64,000 nucleotides of DNA from Myxococcales bacterium (GCA_047601445.1 JASGJH010000001.1:3296001-3360000), one strand, 5' to 3'; shown: positions 26,806-38,385, counted from the first letter of the stretch. Made by a program: numbers and translations. The notes: a model not told the origin generated them from the sequence alone.

Positions 26806-28204
26806 GCACCTCCCACCGCACTACTTGGTACACATCCGGAAGGGATCCGCCCACCCCTAGCCAGGGGCCAATCCGGAAAACTCCATCATTGTCAGCACTT
26901 ACAGGAACACCCTCAACGGAATCCGCAAGCCTGCGAATTCCAGATGTTTTGGCTTCCAGTCTCTCTAGAACCCCTGCCCCTTCCTCGGCACTGGCCGAAC
27001 ACACGGCAAACACGAGGGTCCCACCAGGACGTACCAGTCGCAGGGCGCGTCGGAGGATGCCCAGCTGGAGGTCCGCCAGCCGCCCGGGATCACGCGGCTG
27101 AAGGCGCAAGAGGATCTCGGGGCGACGCCTGATCGTGCCCAGGCCGCTGCACGGTGCGTCCACCAGGACGCGATCGAAGCCCCCCTCGAGCCCACCGTCG
27201 CCCACGGAGAAGTCGATCGTCTCCGTCAACAGAGTTCCCCCGACTGCGAGCCGGCGCACCTCCTCCGTGAGCTGCTCCAACTTTCTCGCGTGGATGTCCA
27301 CCGCCGTGACCTGGCCCGTGGGACCGACCGCCTCCAGGAGCTGCAGGGTCTTGCCGCCTCGGCCAGCGCAGGCGTCGAGCACACGCTCTCCAGGCCGCGC
27401 GCCGACGAGCCGGCCCACCAGGTTGGCGCCCTCGTCCTGCACCACGAACTTCCCGTCGACGAAGCCCGGCAACTTGCGCGGATCACCCACGCCCCACGCC
27501 ACCAGGCTGTCGCTCGCCGGCCCGCTCGGCTCGACTGTGGCGTTCGGCGCTGCCGCACGCAGCGCTCCCAGGAGCTCCTCCCGTGCGCTCGGCTGCTGGA
27601 GTGCCGCACGCACACGCAAGGCCAGCGGGGGGACCCCGCCCGAAAGCGACAAGAAGGCCTGGGTGCGCTCGGCGCCGAGGCCCTTGGTCAGGCACTGCTC
27701 GACCCAGCCGGGCACGTACAGACGCTCATGGTGGTCTTCGCGTGGCTCGGCGTCGGGGGCACCCGCTGCGCCCGGGCGAGGTCGCCCCTCCACGATGCGG
27801 CGCAGCACGGCGTTGGTGAGCCGCGACATGCCCTCGCCGCGCTTGGCTCGCACCAGGCTCACGCTCTCCTGCACGATGGCGTGATCGGGGACGCGCGACA
27901 GATACAAGGCTTGATAGGTGGCTGCACGCAGCGTGGCGAGCACATAGGGGTCCGGGCGACCGCGCGAGAGCTGCTGATCGATGCGCGCGTCGAGCACGGG
28001 CAGTGTGCGCAAGCTGCCGTAGACGATCTCCGTGGCGAGCCTGGCGTCACGCTCATCGAGCTTGGCCTGACTCAACTCGGCGTCCAGCGTGCGGGCGGCA
28101 TAGGCGCCCTCGGTGGCCACGCGATGCAGCACGCTGCTGGCCACACCGCGCGCACTTTGAAGCGGCGAGCGCCCCGACTTCGAGCTCTTCACCCCAGGAT
28201 TCAT
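26780..28204 (-). CDS. rsmB: 16S rRNA m5C967 methyltransferase RsmB/Sun
   Basis: NusB-like N-domain (NAVLR), VQDEG, DACAGRGGKT, DAPCSGLGTIRRRPE, VCS. Confidence 0.9.
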   Translation of the reverse strand: MNPGVKSSKSGRSPLQSARGVASSVLHRVATEGAYAARTLDAELSQAKLDERDARLATEIVYGSLRTLPVLDARIDQQLSRGRPDPYVLATLRAATYQALYLSRVPDHAIVQESVSLVRAKRGEGMSRLTNAVLRRIVEGRPRPGAAGAPDAEPREDHHERLYVPGWVEQCLTKGLGAERTQAFLSLSGGVPPLALRVRAALQQPSAREELLGALRAAAPNATVEPSGPASDSLVAWGVGDPRKLPGFVDGKFVVQDEGANLVGRLVGARPGERVLDACAGRGGKTLQLLEAVGPTGQVTAVDIHARKLEQLTEEVRRLAVGGTLLTETIDFSVGDGGLEGGFDRVLVDAPCSGLGTIRRRPEILLRLQPRDPGRLADLQLGILRRALRLVRPGGTLVFAVCSASAEEGAGVLERLEAKTSGIRRLADSVEGVPVSADNDGVFRIGPWLGVGGSLPDVYQVVRWEVLDTVDGGV

Positions 28205-28205
28205 T

Positions 28206-29870
28206 CTATTCACCGCTATTACTCTGGAAAATCTGCGGCCATTGCCGCTCGACGTCATTCTTGAATGCGAACACCATCAACAGGATGAGCACGGTGAGCC
28301 CCGCGATCGACGCGTACTCGCGCACGCGCACGCTCAGCGGCTTACGGGCTACCAGCTCGATCAAGAAGAACAGGAGATGGCCACCATCGAGCATCGGGAT
28401 GGGCATCAGGTTGATCAGCCCGAGATTGACGCTGATGAAGCCCATCAAGAACAGGTAGTTCAGGGCCCCCTCGCGCGCTGCCTCGCCGGCGGCGTCGAAG
28501 ATGGTGAGCGGGCCCCCGATGGACTTCATGCTCAGGCGCCCCTGGAACAGGCGCACCACCGATACCGCGGTCAGCTCGAGCACCTCGGAGGTGGCACGCC
28601 AGGCCTCGTGGAACGCGTAGGAGACGGGGTTCGGGTTGTCGATCTCTTCGTAGGGCTCCGTGGGCGACCAGCGCCGCAGACCGATGGAGAATTGCTCGAC
28701 CCCCTGGTTGTAGTCACTGCCGCCGCGCTGCCCCTCGAGGCGGTAGTTGATCGACAGCAGCTTGCCCTCGCGCCGAATCAACAGGCTGTGGAGGGCACCC
28801 CTGGCTTGTACGAGGTCGTCGATGAAAGACGTCCAGTGCTTGATGGGTGCGCCGTCGAGCGCGACCAGGCGATCGCCTGGCTTGATGCCGGCGCGCGCCT
28901 CGGCGGAGCCCGTCACCACGTGGCTCACGTACAGATCGGAGGGCTCGATGCCGGCGCGTTCCCGTCCCGTCCGGTCGCCCGGCTCCGGCGTGAGCGTGGA
29001 GACCCGTGGCTGGTACACCGAGACGCCGAGTCGACTGCCGAGCATGCCCGGCACGCGCGCGGGGCGCAGCACGGTGAGGGGGATCAAGGATCCGCGGTTG
29101 CGATTGAGCACCGCCTCCAGATCGACCCAGCGTTCGGTGCGACGGCCCGCCGCGGAGACCACCCAGTCGAAGGTCTCGAGATCCGACATGGCAGCCGGCC
29201 CGACGGGGCTCGAAACACCGATGATGGAGAGCGGCTGATTCAGCGAGATGCCGATGCGGCCCACATCTTCGGAGAGCTCGAGCGGACGCTCGAGGCGCTT
29301 GCGGCTGGGCGTGATGGGCTTGGTGAAGCGCTCGCCGTCCCGCTCGATGGTGAAGCGCAGCGTGCGGCCAGCCTGCGGCGCCACGATGCGGGTCAAATCG
29401 TAGAAGGTCTCGATAGGCTCGCCGTCGATGGCCACGATCCGATCGCCGGTCATCAACTTGCCGTCGGCAGGCTGTCCCGGGAACACGTCGCCCACGATGG
29501 CGGGCGAGAGCTGGGTGGTGCCGAGGAAGACCACGAAGTACAAGAGGAGCGGGAACAGCAGGTTCATCAGCGGCCCCGCGAACACGATCACCACGCGACG
29601 CCACAGCGCCTGGGTGTGAAACGCGTGAGACTCTTCTTCCGGGGTCACCTGGTCGTGCGGATTCTCGCCGAGCATCCGCACGTATCCGCCGAGCGGAACA
29701 GCCGCGATCACGTACTCGGTGCCGCCACGGGAGAAACCGGCGATGCGCGGGCCGAACCCGAGGCTAAATTTGAGGACGCGTACGCCGAACAGTTTGGCCC
29801 AAAGGAAATGCCCCGACTCGTGCACGAAGATCAGCACGCCCACGAGCACGATGAAGTACACGAGATCCAT
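28206..29870 (-). CDS. rseP: RIP metalloprotease RseP with multiple PDZ domains
   Basis: HESGH, FSLGFGP, PLGGYV, AGPLMN, NLMPIPMLDGGH. Confidence 0.95.
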   Translation of the reverse strand: MDLVYFIVLVGVLIFVHESGHFLWAKLFGVRVLKFSLGFGPRIAGFSRGGTEYVIAAVPLGGYVRMLGENPHDQVTPEEESHAFHTQALWRRVVIVFAGPLMNLLFPLLLYFVVFLGTTQLSPAIVGDVFPGQPADGKLMTGDRIVAIDGEPIETFYDLTRIVAPQAGRTLRFTIERDGERFTKPITPSRKRLERPLELSEDVGRIGISLNQPLSIIGVSSPVGPAAMSDLETFDWVVSAAGRRTERWVDLEAVLNRNRGSLIPLTVLRPARVPGMLGSRLGVSVYQPRVSTLTPEPGDRTGRERAGIEPSDLYVSHVVTGSAEARAGIKPGDRLVALDGAPIKHWTSFIDDLVQARGALHSLLIRREGKLLSINYRLEGQRGGSDYNQGVEQFSIGLRRWSPTEPYEEIDNPNPVSYAFHEAWRATSEVLELTAVSVVRLFQGRLSMKSIGGPLTIFDAAGEAAREGALNYLFLMGFISVNLGLINLMPIPMLDGGHLLFFLIELVARKPLSVRVREYASIAGLTVLILLMVFAFKNDVERQWPQIFQSNSGE

Positions 29871-29941
29871 GAGCGGCCAGAGCCTAGCACCGGCAGCCCG
29901 ACCCTCGAATGGAACGCGATGACAAGCCGCCAAGGCCAGCC

Positions 29942-30582
29942 ATGAGCAACGACTACAGCGCCAACGAAACCAGCGCGACCGAATACCGGGCCCTGCAGGC
30001 CAAGGTGGACGCCTTCTGTGAAGCCACCGCGACCCGGCGCCAGGCCGACCTGTCGTGTCGCAAGGGCTGCGACGGTTGCTGTCACGTCTGGCTGAGCGTG
30101 AGCCCGGTGGAGGCGGAGGCGGTGCGGACGGCGCTGACTGCACTCCCGGCGGCCCAGCGGGCCGAGATCGCCGAGCGGGGACGGCGCGAAGGAGCGCGAG
30201 AAGCTGACGGCAGGGGTTCGCCGCGCTGCGCGATGTTGAGCGACGACGGGCAGTGCGCGGTGTACGCGCAACGCCCACTGGTGTGCCGTACGCAGGGCCA
30301 CGCCCTGCGCTATCCGCCTGGCTTCGTGCCGGCCGGCGCGGTGCGTGCCCGCACCAGCGGCGCGGCGTCTTCGAGCGCGGGCGAGATCACCTACTGCCCA
30401 CTCAACTACACCGAGCAAGCGCCGGGCGCCGCGGATGTGCTGGATGCGGAGCGCGTGGATCAGCTGCTCGCCATCGTCAACCATCGCTTCGCGCTCGCGC
30501 GGGGTGTCTCGGCGGAGCAACGCACCTCCATCAGCGAACTTGCGCAAGGGGCCGATATGCTAGGGTGCCCTGAGAGCAGGGG

Positions 30583-30586
<4 letters not shown>
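29942..30586 (+). CDS. YkgJ/UPF0153 cysteine-cluster protein
   Basis: CRKGCDGCC...CAML...[12 protein letters not shown]. Confidence 0.85.
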
Positions 30587-31785
<1,199 letters not shown>

Positions 31786-31834
31786 GCGCTGCGGGGATTC
31801 CGCGCTGCCCGCTCCGCGCGCGAGAGAAGCCCGA

Positions 31835-31903
31835 GGGGCTGTCCCTAATTCTGGCGCACGCCAGCATCGCGCCCTGACGCGCACCGGAATTGGGGAGACT
31901 CCC
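31835..31903. repeat. Imperfect inverted repeat between convergent genes
   Basis: GGGGCTGTCCCTAATTCTGGCGC versus GCACCGGAATTGGGGAGACTCCC. Confidence 0.5.
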
Positions 31904-31907
31904 TAGC

Positions 31908-33488
31908 CTAGGGCTTGTCGCCGAGAGCTAGCTCGGGTTTGCTCACCCACAGCCGCAGGTGGCGCTCGCCGCTGACGAAGTCCCGCGCCTCGTAGCGAGC
32001 GAGGAAGCGCTGGTCCTGGAGCAGTTGGCTGGCCGCCACCCACGAACCGTCCTGCGCCAGCATGTCGAGCTCCGCCGGATAGGTGAGCGGTTCCTGGACC
32101 AACCAACCGAATCCGAGCACCAGTGTGGGCGCGCGCGAGAGCACGTAATCGGTGTCGCCGCGCTCATGTCCACTGACGCCTCCGCGGATGCGCTTGGAGC
32201 GCGCGATGTGCTTGTCGGCCAGCCCGACCAGGTCGAGGATGCGACGGCGCGAGACGTAGGCGATGGCCCCGATGCCCGTGGTCGCGATGGTCCCCTTGGG
32301 AGCCTGCGCCAGCAGCGCCCCAATCTCGGCGGACTGGGCCGCATAGCCGACGCCGTACTCCAAGAACATGGGGAACTCGCCGACCGCGGCGGAGCGATGA
32401 CCGAAGTAGCTCCAGGGCCACTGCAGCGCGAGCGCGAGCGCGGCTGCGAGCACCCAGCTGCGCCGTGCGCGCATGAGATGAACCGCATAGGCAGCCAACG
32501 CGCAGACCAGGGGCAAGACCGGCAACGCGAGGCGCGTGAACCAGAAGTGATCGCCGCCCGTCCACAGAACCCCGAGCAGATACGTGCCCGTGATGGCCGC
32601 CAGCCGCAGCACCGTGCCGGCCTGGTCACGCGCCTCTCCAGTCCGCAGGAGAGCGCGCAGCGAGACCAGCACGACACCCAGTGCGAGCAGACAGACCGCG
32701 GGATGAAAGGCCACGAAACGCGCCACGTAGCCAGCGCCGCGCGATAGACGCAGCAAGGTGTCGTCGTTGACCTTCGCGTAATACGTGTTCGGCAGCCATT
32801 CGCCGAAGTAGGCATGGCGCGCGAGAAACAAGCCGGCGACCGGCACGAGGAAGCTCACACCGTAAGCGACCAAGGCCCGCAGCTTGGCGCGCATGGTATC
32901 GAGCCCCAGCGCGGCGACCAGCGCGAGCACGGGGATCACGACGAGCGCTTCGGGACGAGTAAAGAAGAGCAGCGCTCCCGTCACCCCGCCGAGGGCCGCT
33001 TGCCGAGGCGATCGCGATACGACTGCGCAGTAGGCCGCGAGCCCAACGGAGGCGATCGCGAGCGGTGTTTCCATGCCGCTCCCCACCCAGGCCACGAAGC
33101 CCGCCAAGGTGCCGAGCAGGACTGGTGCGAGCCAGGCGCCGAAGCTACCTGCCAGCAAATTGCCCAACAAGGCTGCCGCGATGCACGCCAGCACACCCGA
33201 CGTGACGCTGACGAGCTCCAAAGACAGGCGGTCCGGAATGCCGAGCCGCATCAAGGCAGCCACGCACAGCGTCCAAGCCGGCGAGGTGGAGACCTCCACG
33301 CGTTCCCCGACGTTGAAAACGGGCCCGTTGCCCTCCGCCAAATTGCGGGCGACGTGCATGTGGATATAGGCATCGTCCAGGGGTCCGAGCGCGACGACGC
33401 TGCGGTGCAGCAAGTACACGACCACGGGAACGAAGGCGGCCAGCAGCAGCTGATGGCGCTTCAAGCCTGCGGGTAATACGGACGTCAT
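31908..33488 (-). CDS. GT-C fold integral membrane glycosyltransferase
   Basis: DDAYI after first TM, VFNVGERVEVSTSPAW, GMETPL, TRPEA, YFGEWLPNTYYAK, DLVGLAD. Confidence 0.8.
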   Translation of the reverse strand: MTSVLPAGLKRHQLLLAAFVPVVVYLLHRSVVALGPLDDAYIHMHVARNLAEGNGPVFNVGERVEVSTSPAWTLCVAALMRLGIPDRLSLELVSVTSGVLACIAAALLGNLLAGSFGAWLAPVLLGTLAGFVAWVGSGMETPLAIASVGLAAYCAVVSRSPRQAALGGVTGALLFFTRPEALVVIPVLALVAALGLDTMRAKLRALVAYGVSFLVPVAGLFLARHAYFGEWLPNTYYAKVNDDTLLRLSRGAGYVARFVAFHPAVCLLALGVVLVSLRALLRTGEARDQAGTVLRLAAITGTYLLGVLWTGGDHFWFTRLALPVLPLVCALAAYAVHLMRARRSWVLAAALALALQWPWSYFGHRSAAVGEFPMFLEYGVGYAAQSAEIGALLAQAPKGTIATTGIGAIAYVSRRRILDLVGLADKHIARSKRIRGGVSGHERGDTDYVLSRAPTLVLGFGWLVQEPLTYPAELDMLAQDGSWVAASQLLQDQRFLARYEARDFVSGERHLRLWVSKPELALGDKP

Positions 33489-33562
33489 CCGTCGAGCTCC
33501 TACCGAGCAATGCAGTACGGCAACTGACTTGTGGCCGAACTTCGCGGCAGTATGATACGCGC

Positions 33563-34600
33563 GTGCGTGCTTGGCTGCGTCCTGCCCTTACTTTCTGCGC
33601 CTCAGTCATCACTATTCTGAGTGTCGACCACGTGTTCGGGACGTTCGTTCCGAAGGTCGAGCGCGAATACGAGACCGCGGACGGCATCGCAGCCTTCGAA
33701 GAGCAGCCACCTCACGTCTTACTACTCGGCTCGAGCTACGTGCGCTCGTTTGGCCCGGTGGTCGAGGCCGTCGCGCGCGAGCACCCGGGCCGCACGCTGT
33801 CCATGGTGCCCATCGAGGGCGGACGTTTCCTGTCTTACCAGTGGTTGCTCGAACACCGGATTGGGCCGCTCATCGATCAGAATAAGGAGCGAGCAGACGC
33901 ACCTCGTCTCGAGCGCATCGTCCTCGTGACGAACCTGTGGGACGCCTGCGGTGACGACGACTATCCGAACTTGCCAGCACGTGCGTGGACGCTCGGAGAC
34001 TACGTTTCCGACCTGTTCGAGCATGGTGTGACCGCGTACAACAGTAACTACGTCGACTGGCACGTGAGTGAAGCCACACGCTGGTCGGTCCTGGCGCAGG
34101 ACCGAGGCGTGCACCGGATTCCTCAAGCCGTTCGTCGCGCTATCTCACCCAAGCAAACCGAGACGCTGGCCGAGGATAAAGAGACGCGGGTCCAAGGCTC
34201 GATCGACATCATCGCGGAGTGCGACCTCGAGGGGCCCAAGTGCGACTCGCGGGTCCAGCTCGCGGCGCTGCAGGGCATCGCGGACTTCGCGCGCGCTCGC
34301 CAGCTTCCGTTGACCGTCGTGCTGTGGCCGACCATGCCCATCACCATGGCCGACAAGTCTCGGCGCGCCGTCGATCACTTCCGCGCGAAGATTCAGGAGC
34401 TCGCGCCCAGCCTGCACGCCGAAGTGTTCGACTGGAGCTATGCGAGCCCGCTGGTGGATGCCGATTTTCGCCCCGACTACGACCACTTGGAGCCGTGGGG
34501 TGACGAGAAGTTCGGCCGTTGGGCGATGCAGGGACCGCTGGCGAGCCAGCTGCGTAGCGAGCCCGAGCTCAGCCAGGGACAGCTGCCGGCCGCTCCGTGA
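33563..34600 (+). CDS. Membrane-anchored SGNH-like protein
   Basis: N-terminal TM, LLLGSSY (block I) and DYDHL (block V DxxH). Confidence 0.6.
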   Translation: MRAWLRPALTFCASVITILSVDHVFGTFVPKVEREYETADGIAAFEEQPPHVLLLGSSYVRSFGPVVEAVAREHPGRTLSMVPIEGGRFLSYQWLLEHRIGPLIDQNKERADAPRLERIVLVTNLWDACGDDDYPNLPARAWTLGDYVSDLFEHGVTAYNSNYVDWHVSEATRWSVLAQDRGVHRIPQAVRRAISPKQTETLAEDKETRVQGSIDIIAECDLEGPKCDSRVQLAALQGIADFARARQLPLTVVLWPTMPITMADKSRRAVDHFRAKIQELAPSLHAEVFDWSYASPLVDADFRPDYDHLEPWGDEKFGRWAMQGPLASQLRSEPELSQGQLPAAP

Positions 34601-34601
34601 G

Positions 34602-35045
34602 TCACACCCAGAGCGCCAGCCGAGCGACCCACACGAGCAGCACCGCAATGGCGAAGTAGAGCGAAAGACGATCGGCTTGCAGTCGCTCGATGGCAGCCAT
34701 CACGGAGAGCCCTCGCGTCATGGCGTAGAGCGCGCCCGGAACGGCCAGGCAGGTCGCGACGAAGAGAAACGGGGCGAGCGGGTGAGCGCGAAATGCGGCG
34801 AGCACGTCACCGTCGGCCAAGTGAGCGAACGACGTAGTCATTCCGCAAGCGGGGCACGGCACGCCGAGCCAGGCGAGCATGCCGCACGGAGGCAAGCCCA
34901 GCTGTTCGTGGGTGCCGACTCCGCTGGGGGACGGCGTGAGCCAACGCGCAGCCGCCAGTACCGAGAGCGACGAGAGTAGCGCTGCCAGCCACGCCACACG
35001 ATCCCACGCGCTGGCCCAGGAAGACGGCTGCGCGGGGCGGCCCAT
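34602..35045 (-). CDS. DUF2752 membrane protein
   Basis: GLPPC...GVPCPACGMTTSFAHL..G...AAFRAHP. Confidence 0.85.
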   Translation of the reverse strand: MGRPAQPSSWASAWDRVAWLAALLSSLSVLAAARWLTPSPSGVGTHEQLGLPPCGMLAWLGVPCPACGMTTSFAHLADGDVLAAFRAHPLAPFLFVATCLAVPGALYAMTRGLSVMAAIERLQADRLSLYFAIAVLLVWVARLALWV

Positions 35046-36106
35046 CAGAGCGCTTTCTGCACGCGTTCCCAGGCCTCTGACTGACGCGCCAGTTCGACCA
35101 CCGTGATAGCTTCCGCCGCCGCGCGGTCAGTGCGCACCCGGGCGCGCACCAGCCGCTCGGTAATCGACTTGGCGAGCGTATACACGGTGGCGAGTTCGCG
35201 CCGTCCCGCGTGGAACGACCCCATGGAAAACACCCAGTCCATCGACCACAGGAGATCGGCCAACCAGTCGCGCAGGACCTCCTCCGAGCCGCGCTTCTTG
35301 CTGCGCGCCTCGGCCCGGTCGAAGGCAGCGCTCCAGGGCCGCGCCCCGAGCTCGAGCGAACTGCCGCCGTCTCTGGCATCGATGGCGTTGGCCATCCACA
35401 CCATGGCCTCGCCATAGGCGGTACCGTCCTGCTCCTGTCGCATGAGCTTGCTGATCTCCGACCAGCGCTCGCCGTCCAGCTTGCCGAAAGGCTTGGCGTC
35501 CAGGGCGCGTACCGGGTCGACGTCGGTGGACGTCAGGAGGGGAAACAGCATGCGCTCGATTTCCAGGAAGCGTGCGAAGCCCACGTAGCGACCGGCCCCG
35601 AGCGGAATGCGGGGCCCGACCCGACCGTTCGGAGACAGGCGCCCGGCCGCGTCGAGCAGGGACGGCAGCGCGTTCTCGGGGGTGATGGCGGGACGCTCCC
35701 CCATGCTCCGGCAGGGGCAGCGGTGCTCGGTCGTGACCCGTCCCCCTTCGGGGGTCGCCACGAGCCCAAAAGGAAAACGGGCGCACCCCACCGGCTTGGC
35801 CTGCGCACCATGTCGCGCGTGGAGCTCACAGCCCCGCTGCGACCGAAGGACGCAAGCACCGCTCTCCTGAGTCCGAAACACGGGGGCCATCAGGTCCTTG
35901 TGGCGGACCAGGGAGCCCGGCTCGAGCAGCTCGACCTCCTGCTTTTCCTTGCGGGTCACCGGCCCGAGCGCATGGATGTCGGTGCAGCACAGGCCGTCGC
36001 CGAAACAATCGAATGCGGCGCCGGGCCGGACGAGCAGGGGCCGCGAACGCGGGTCTTTGGACAGGTTGGTGGACGCAGGCAGAGTAGGAGTGGGTTCGAC
36101 AGCCAC
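35045..36106 (-). CDS. YkgJ/FliB-like cysteine-cluster protein
   Basis: FDCFGDGLCC...CVL...GCELHARHG..AKPVGCARFPF...CPC. Start estimated at GTG 36106. Confidence 0.7.
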   Translation of the reverse strand: MAVEPTPTLPASTNLSKDPRSRPLLVRPGAAFDCFGDGLCCTDIHALGPVTRKEKQEVELLEPGSLVRHKDLMAPVFRTQESGACVLRSQRGCELHARHGAQAKPVGCARFPFGLVATPEGGRVTTEHRCPCRSMGERPAITPENALPSLLDAAGRLSPNGRVGPRIPLGAGRYVGFARFLEIERMLFPLLTSTDVDPVRALDAKPFGKLDGERWSEISKLMRQEQDGTAYGEAMVWMANAIDARDGGSSLELGARPWSAAFDRAEARSKKRGSEEVLRDWLADLLWSMDWVFSMGSFHAGRRELATVYTLAKSITERLVRARVRTDRAAAEAITVVELARQSEAWERVQKAL

Positions 36107-36222
36107 GCAGCGTGCTCTACACGAGCGGGGTGGCCGCGTAAAGGCCGCCTGGCCCCGGCTTCGCGCTCGATAACGTGTACGCCCCTCCCGGAGGCGTGTT
36201 ACCGTGATGGCTTCCTGCCGCC

Positions 36223-36798
36223 ATGGCTTTTCGCGCACCCCTACTCGGCTACAACACGAATGTCCGTCACAAGGGCAAGCTCTATCACATTCAGACCGAG
36301 GACTCGGGCGTAGGCCATCCGCACATCATCACGCATCTGTTCGCCGATGGCGGACGCATCGTGGCATCCAAGAAGACCAGCTACACCGAGCACGTCGGCA
36401 GCCAGGCCATGCAGGACACGGTGAAGAAGCTGATGCAGGCCCAGCACAAGGCCATGTTCATCGCGCTTCGCGACGGGGTCTACGACGAGGGCGGTCCCAA
36501 CGACGCCGCGCGCGATCAGACTGGCACCCATAGCCTGGTCAACATGCCACCGGTCCCTGCGGACCCGGCCACGCTCGTGAGCCCTGCCTCGGCCAAGGCC
36601 GCCGAGGGCGATCGTCAGTCCCTGTACCAGGGCACCCGCGCGGCGGCGAAGATCAGCGAGACCCCGACCCCGCCCAAGGCACCTCCTTCGTCGCGCGCTC
36701 CGCGCTCCATCTTCGGCGGCGATCTGCTCAGCGAGAAGAGCCTCGACGAGGTGATCCTCTCGTACCTCGCTACCGACGAGCCCGAGCCCAAGCGCTGA
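36223..36798 (+). CDS. Hypothetical protein
   Basis: Structured N-domain (GYNTNVRHKGKLYHIQTEDSG), Pro-rich linker, C-terminal helix SLDEVILSYL; strong GC3 bias. Confidence 0.8.
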   Translation: MAFRAPLLGYNTNVRHKGKLYHIQTEDSGVGHPHIITHLFADGGRIVASKKTSYTEHVGSQAMQDTVKKLMQAQHKAMFIALRDGVYDEGGPNDAARDQTGTHSLVNMPPVPADPATLVSPASAKAAEGDRQSLYQGTRAAAKISETPTPPKAPPSSRAPRSIFGGDLLSEKSLDEVILSYLATDEPEPKR

Positions 36799-36898
36799 CG
36801 CGTCGCCCTCGAGGGCGCCGCCGGGTCAGGCCAAGATCTGCTGCAACTCGCTCGCTAGCAGGCTGCTGGGCCGCCGTTCGAGGCACGCGGGGCCACGT

Positions 36899-36927
36899 TT
36901 GACACGTGTGGTAGTGGGGTCTATCGT
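36899..36927 (+). promoter_or_regulatory. Sigma70-type promoter
   Basis: TTGACA-N17-TATCGT; GAGGAG RBS before ATG 36952. Confidence 0.75.
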
Positions 36928-36951
36928 GCGCGACCCCAGAGGAGTTTCGCG

Positions 36952-37209
36952 ATGAGCTTCAAGAAGAGCGTGCTGAGCCAGGGTATGAAACTGATGCAGG
37001 ACCCGCGGATCATGAAGGTCCTGCAGGACCCGCGCGTGATGCAGGTCATGGCCAAGGGCTTCGAGCTCAAGGGCAAGGTTCAGCAGGACTTCGACACCCG
37101 CGTCGAGAAGATGGCGGACTCCCTGAACCTGGCGACCAAGGCCGAGGTTCGCGAGCTCAAGCGCACCATCCGCAAGCTCGAGCGCGACCTCAGCAAGAAG
37201 TCCGGCTGA
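36952..37209 (+). CDS. Small basic helical protein, phasin-like C-terminus
   Basis: LNLATKAEVRELKRTIRKLE coiled coil; promoter and RBS present. Confidence 0.75.
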   Translation: MSFKKSVLSQGMKLMQDPRIMKVLQDPRVMQVMAKGFELKGKVQQDFDTRVEKMADSLNLATKAEVRELKRTIRKLERDLSKKSG

Positions 37210-37287
37210 GCGCGGACGACTCCGGTGGCTGGGCGCCGCCGCATTGCTGGGTCCACTCCCCGGGCCAACTGAAACCGGCTTCGACGA

Positions 37288-38385
37288 CTAGCGCGGCGGT
37301 GGCGCGATGCTGGAGTTGCGCAACGGCTGTTCGAGGCGCTCCACGCGCGCGTTCAGCCACGTGCGTACCAGCGGCCAAACCGTGAAGGGCGCGTCGCGGC
37401 CGATGATCATATCGATGTGCCCCATCGGGAACTCGCGATAGGTCTTGTCGGGAGATTTGCTGCGCTCGAACACGGGCCGCACCGACTCCGGAGGCGCCAG
37501 CGCGTCTCGGCTGCCGGCGATCACCAACAGGGGCTTGTCACCGAGCTCGAACGCCAGGCCGTAGTCGACCAGGCCGTCGTGGCTCTTGAGCGCGTTCTCC
37601 GCGCCCATGCTCACGATACCCAGCGCGATGCCCATGCGGGTGTGCTCGAAAGCGGCGGCCAGGTTCTCCTCGAGAATCTCGGGCTCGATGCTGCCTGGTG
37701 CCCACGGGCGCAGGGGCAGCGGGATGTGACGCATGTCCCAGAACCGGCGGTTCTTGCGCATGTGGGCGCCGATGAGCTTGAGCGGGATCGGCGGATCGCC
37801 GTCGAAGATGCCTGTCAGGCGCACCCCGTAGAAGAGCGGCGCGACCACCCGCAGGAACACCGATCCTTCGCCGAAACGGTAGGGCGAGCCGATGGAGATG
37901 ACGCCACCCACCTGTTCGCGCATGCCGCTGCCGGCGACGCAATAGCTGATCAGCCCGCCCATGGAGTGACCGATCAAGAACACCTGCGAATGGCCGGACA
38001 GCCTCAATACGCTGTGGATGGCGGCCGGTAGGTCGTCTCGGATGTAGTCGTCGAGGCCGGTGTCGTGCAGGGCCCCGAAGCGTCGCGAGCGCCCGCGCCC
38101 CCGCAGGTCCAGGTTGAACACGTCGTAGCCGGCGTTCGCCAGGTAGTTCACGAAGGAACGCGGCTTGGTATGCCAGGTGTAGCGATTCTGACCGAAGCCA
38201 TGCACCAGGAGCACGGCAGCCTTGGTGGAGGTGCGGTAGCCGGCCGCCGCCGTGGGGTTGGCGAGACGCTTCCTCACCATGGCGATCGGATGGGAGCCTT
38301 CGCGGGTCGCGATGACGTCCTTGACGAAGCGCGCGCGCACGCCGGCGTCGATGTATTGCTCCACGATCTCCGTCTGGAGGATCAT
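37288..38385 (-). CDS. Alpha/beta hydrolase (lipase/PhaC-like fold)
   Basis: LLVHGFGQN, DLRGRGRS, GHSMGG, AGSRD, MGHID. Confidence 0.85.
   Translation of the reverse strand: MILQTEIVEQYIDAGVRARFVKDVIATREGSHPIAMVRKRLANPTAAAGYRTSTKAAVLLVHGFGQNRYTWHTKPRSFVNYLANAGYDVFNLDLRGRGRSRRFGALHDTGLDDYIRDDLPAAIHSVLRLSGHSQVFLIGHSMGGLISYCVAGSGMREQVGGVISIGSPYRFGEGSVFLRVVAPLFYGVRLTGIFDGDPPIPLKLIGAHMRKNRRFWDMRHIPLPLRPWAPGSIEPEILEENLAAAFEHTRMGIALGIVSMGAENALKSHDGLVDYGLAFELGDKPLLVIAGSRDALAPPESVRPVFERSKSPDKTYREFPMGHIDMIIGRDAPFTVWPLVRTWLNARVERLEQPLRNSSIAPPPR

Noticed and set aside
28242..29945. 567-aa plus-strand ORF
   Set aside because: Antisense to rseP.
37288..38385. PHA synthase call
   Set aside because: Nucleophile motif is GHSMGG (Ser), not the catalytic Cys box.
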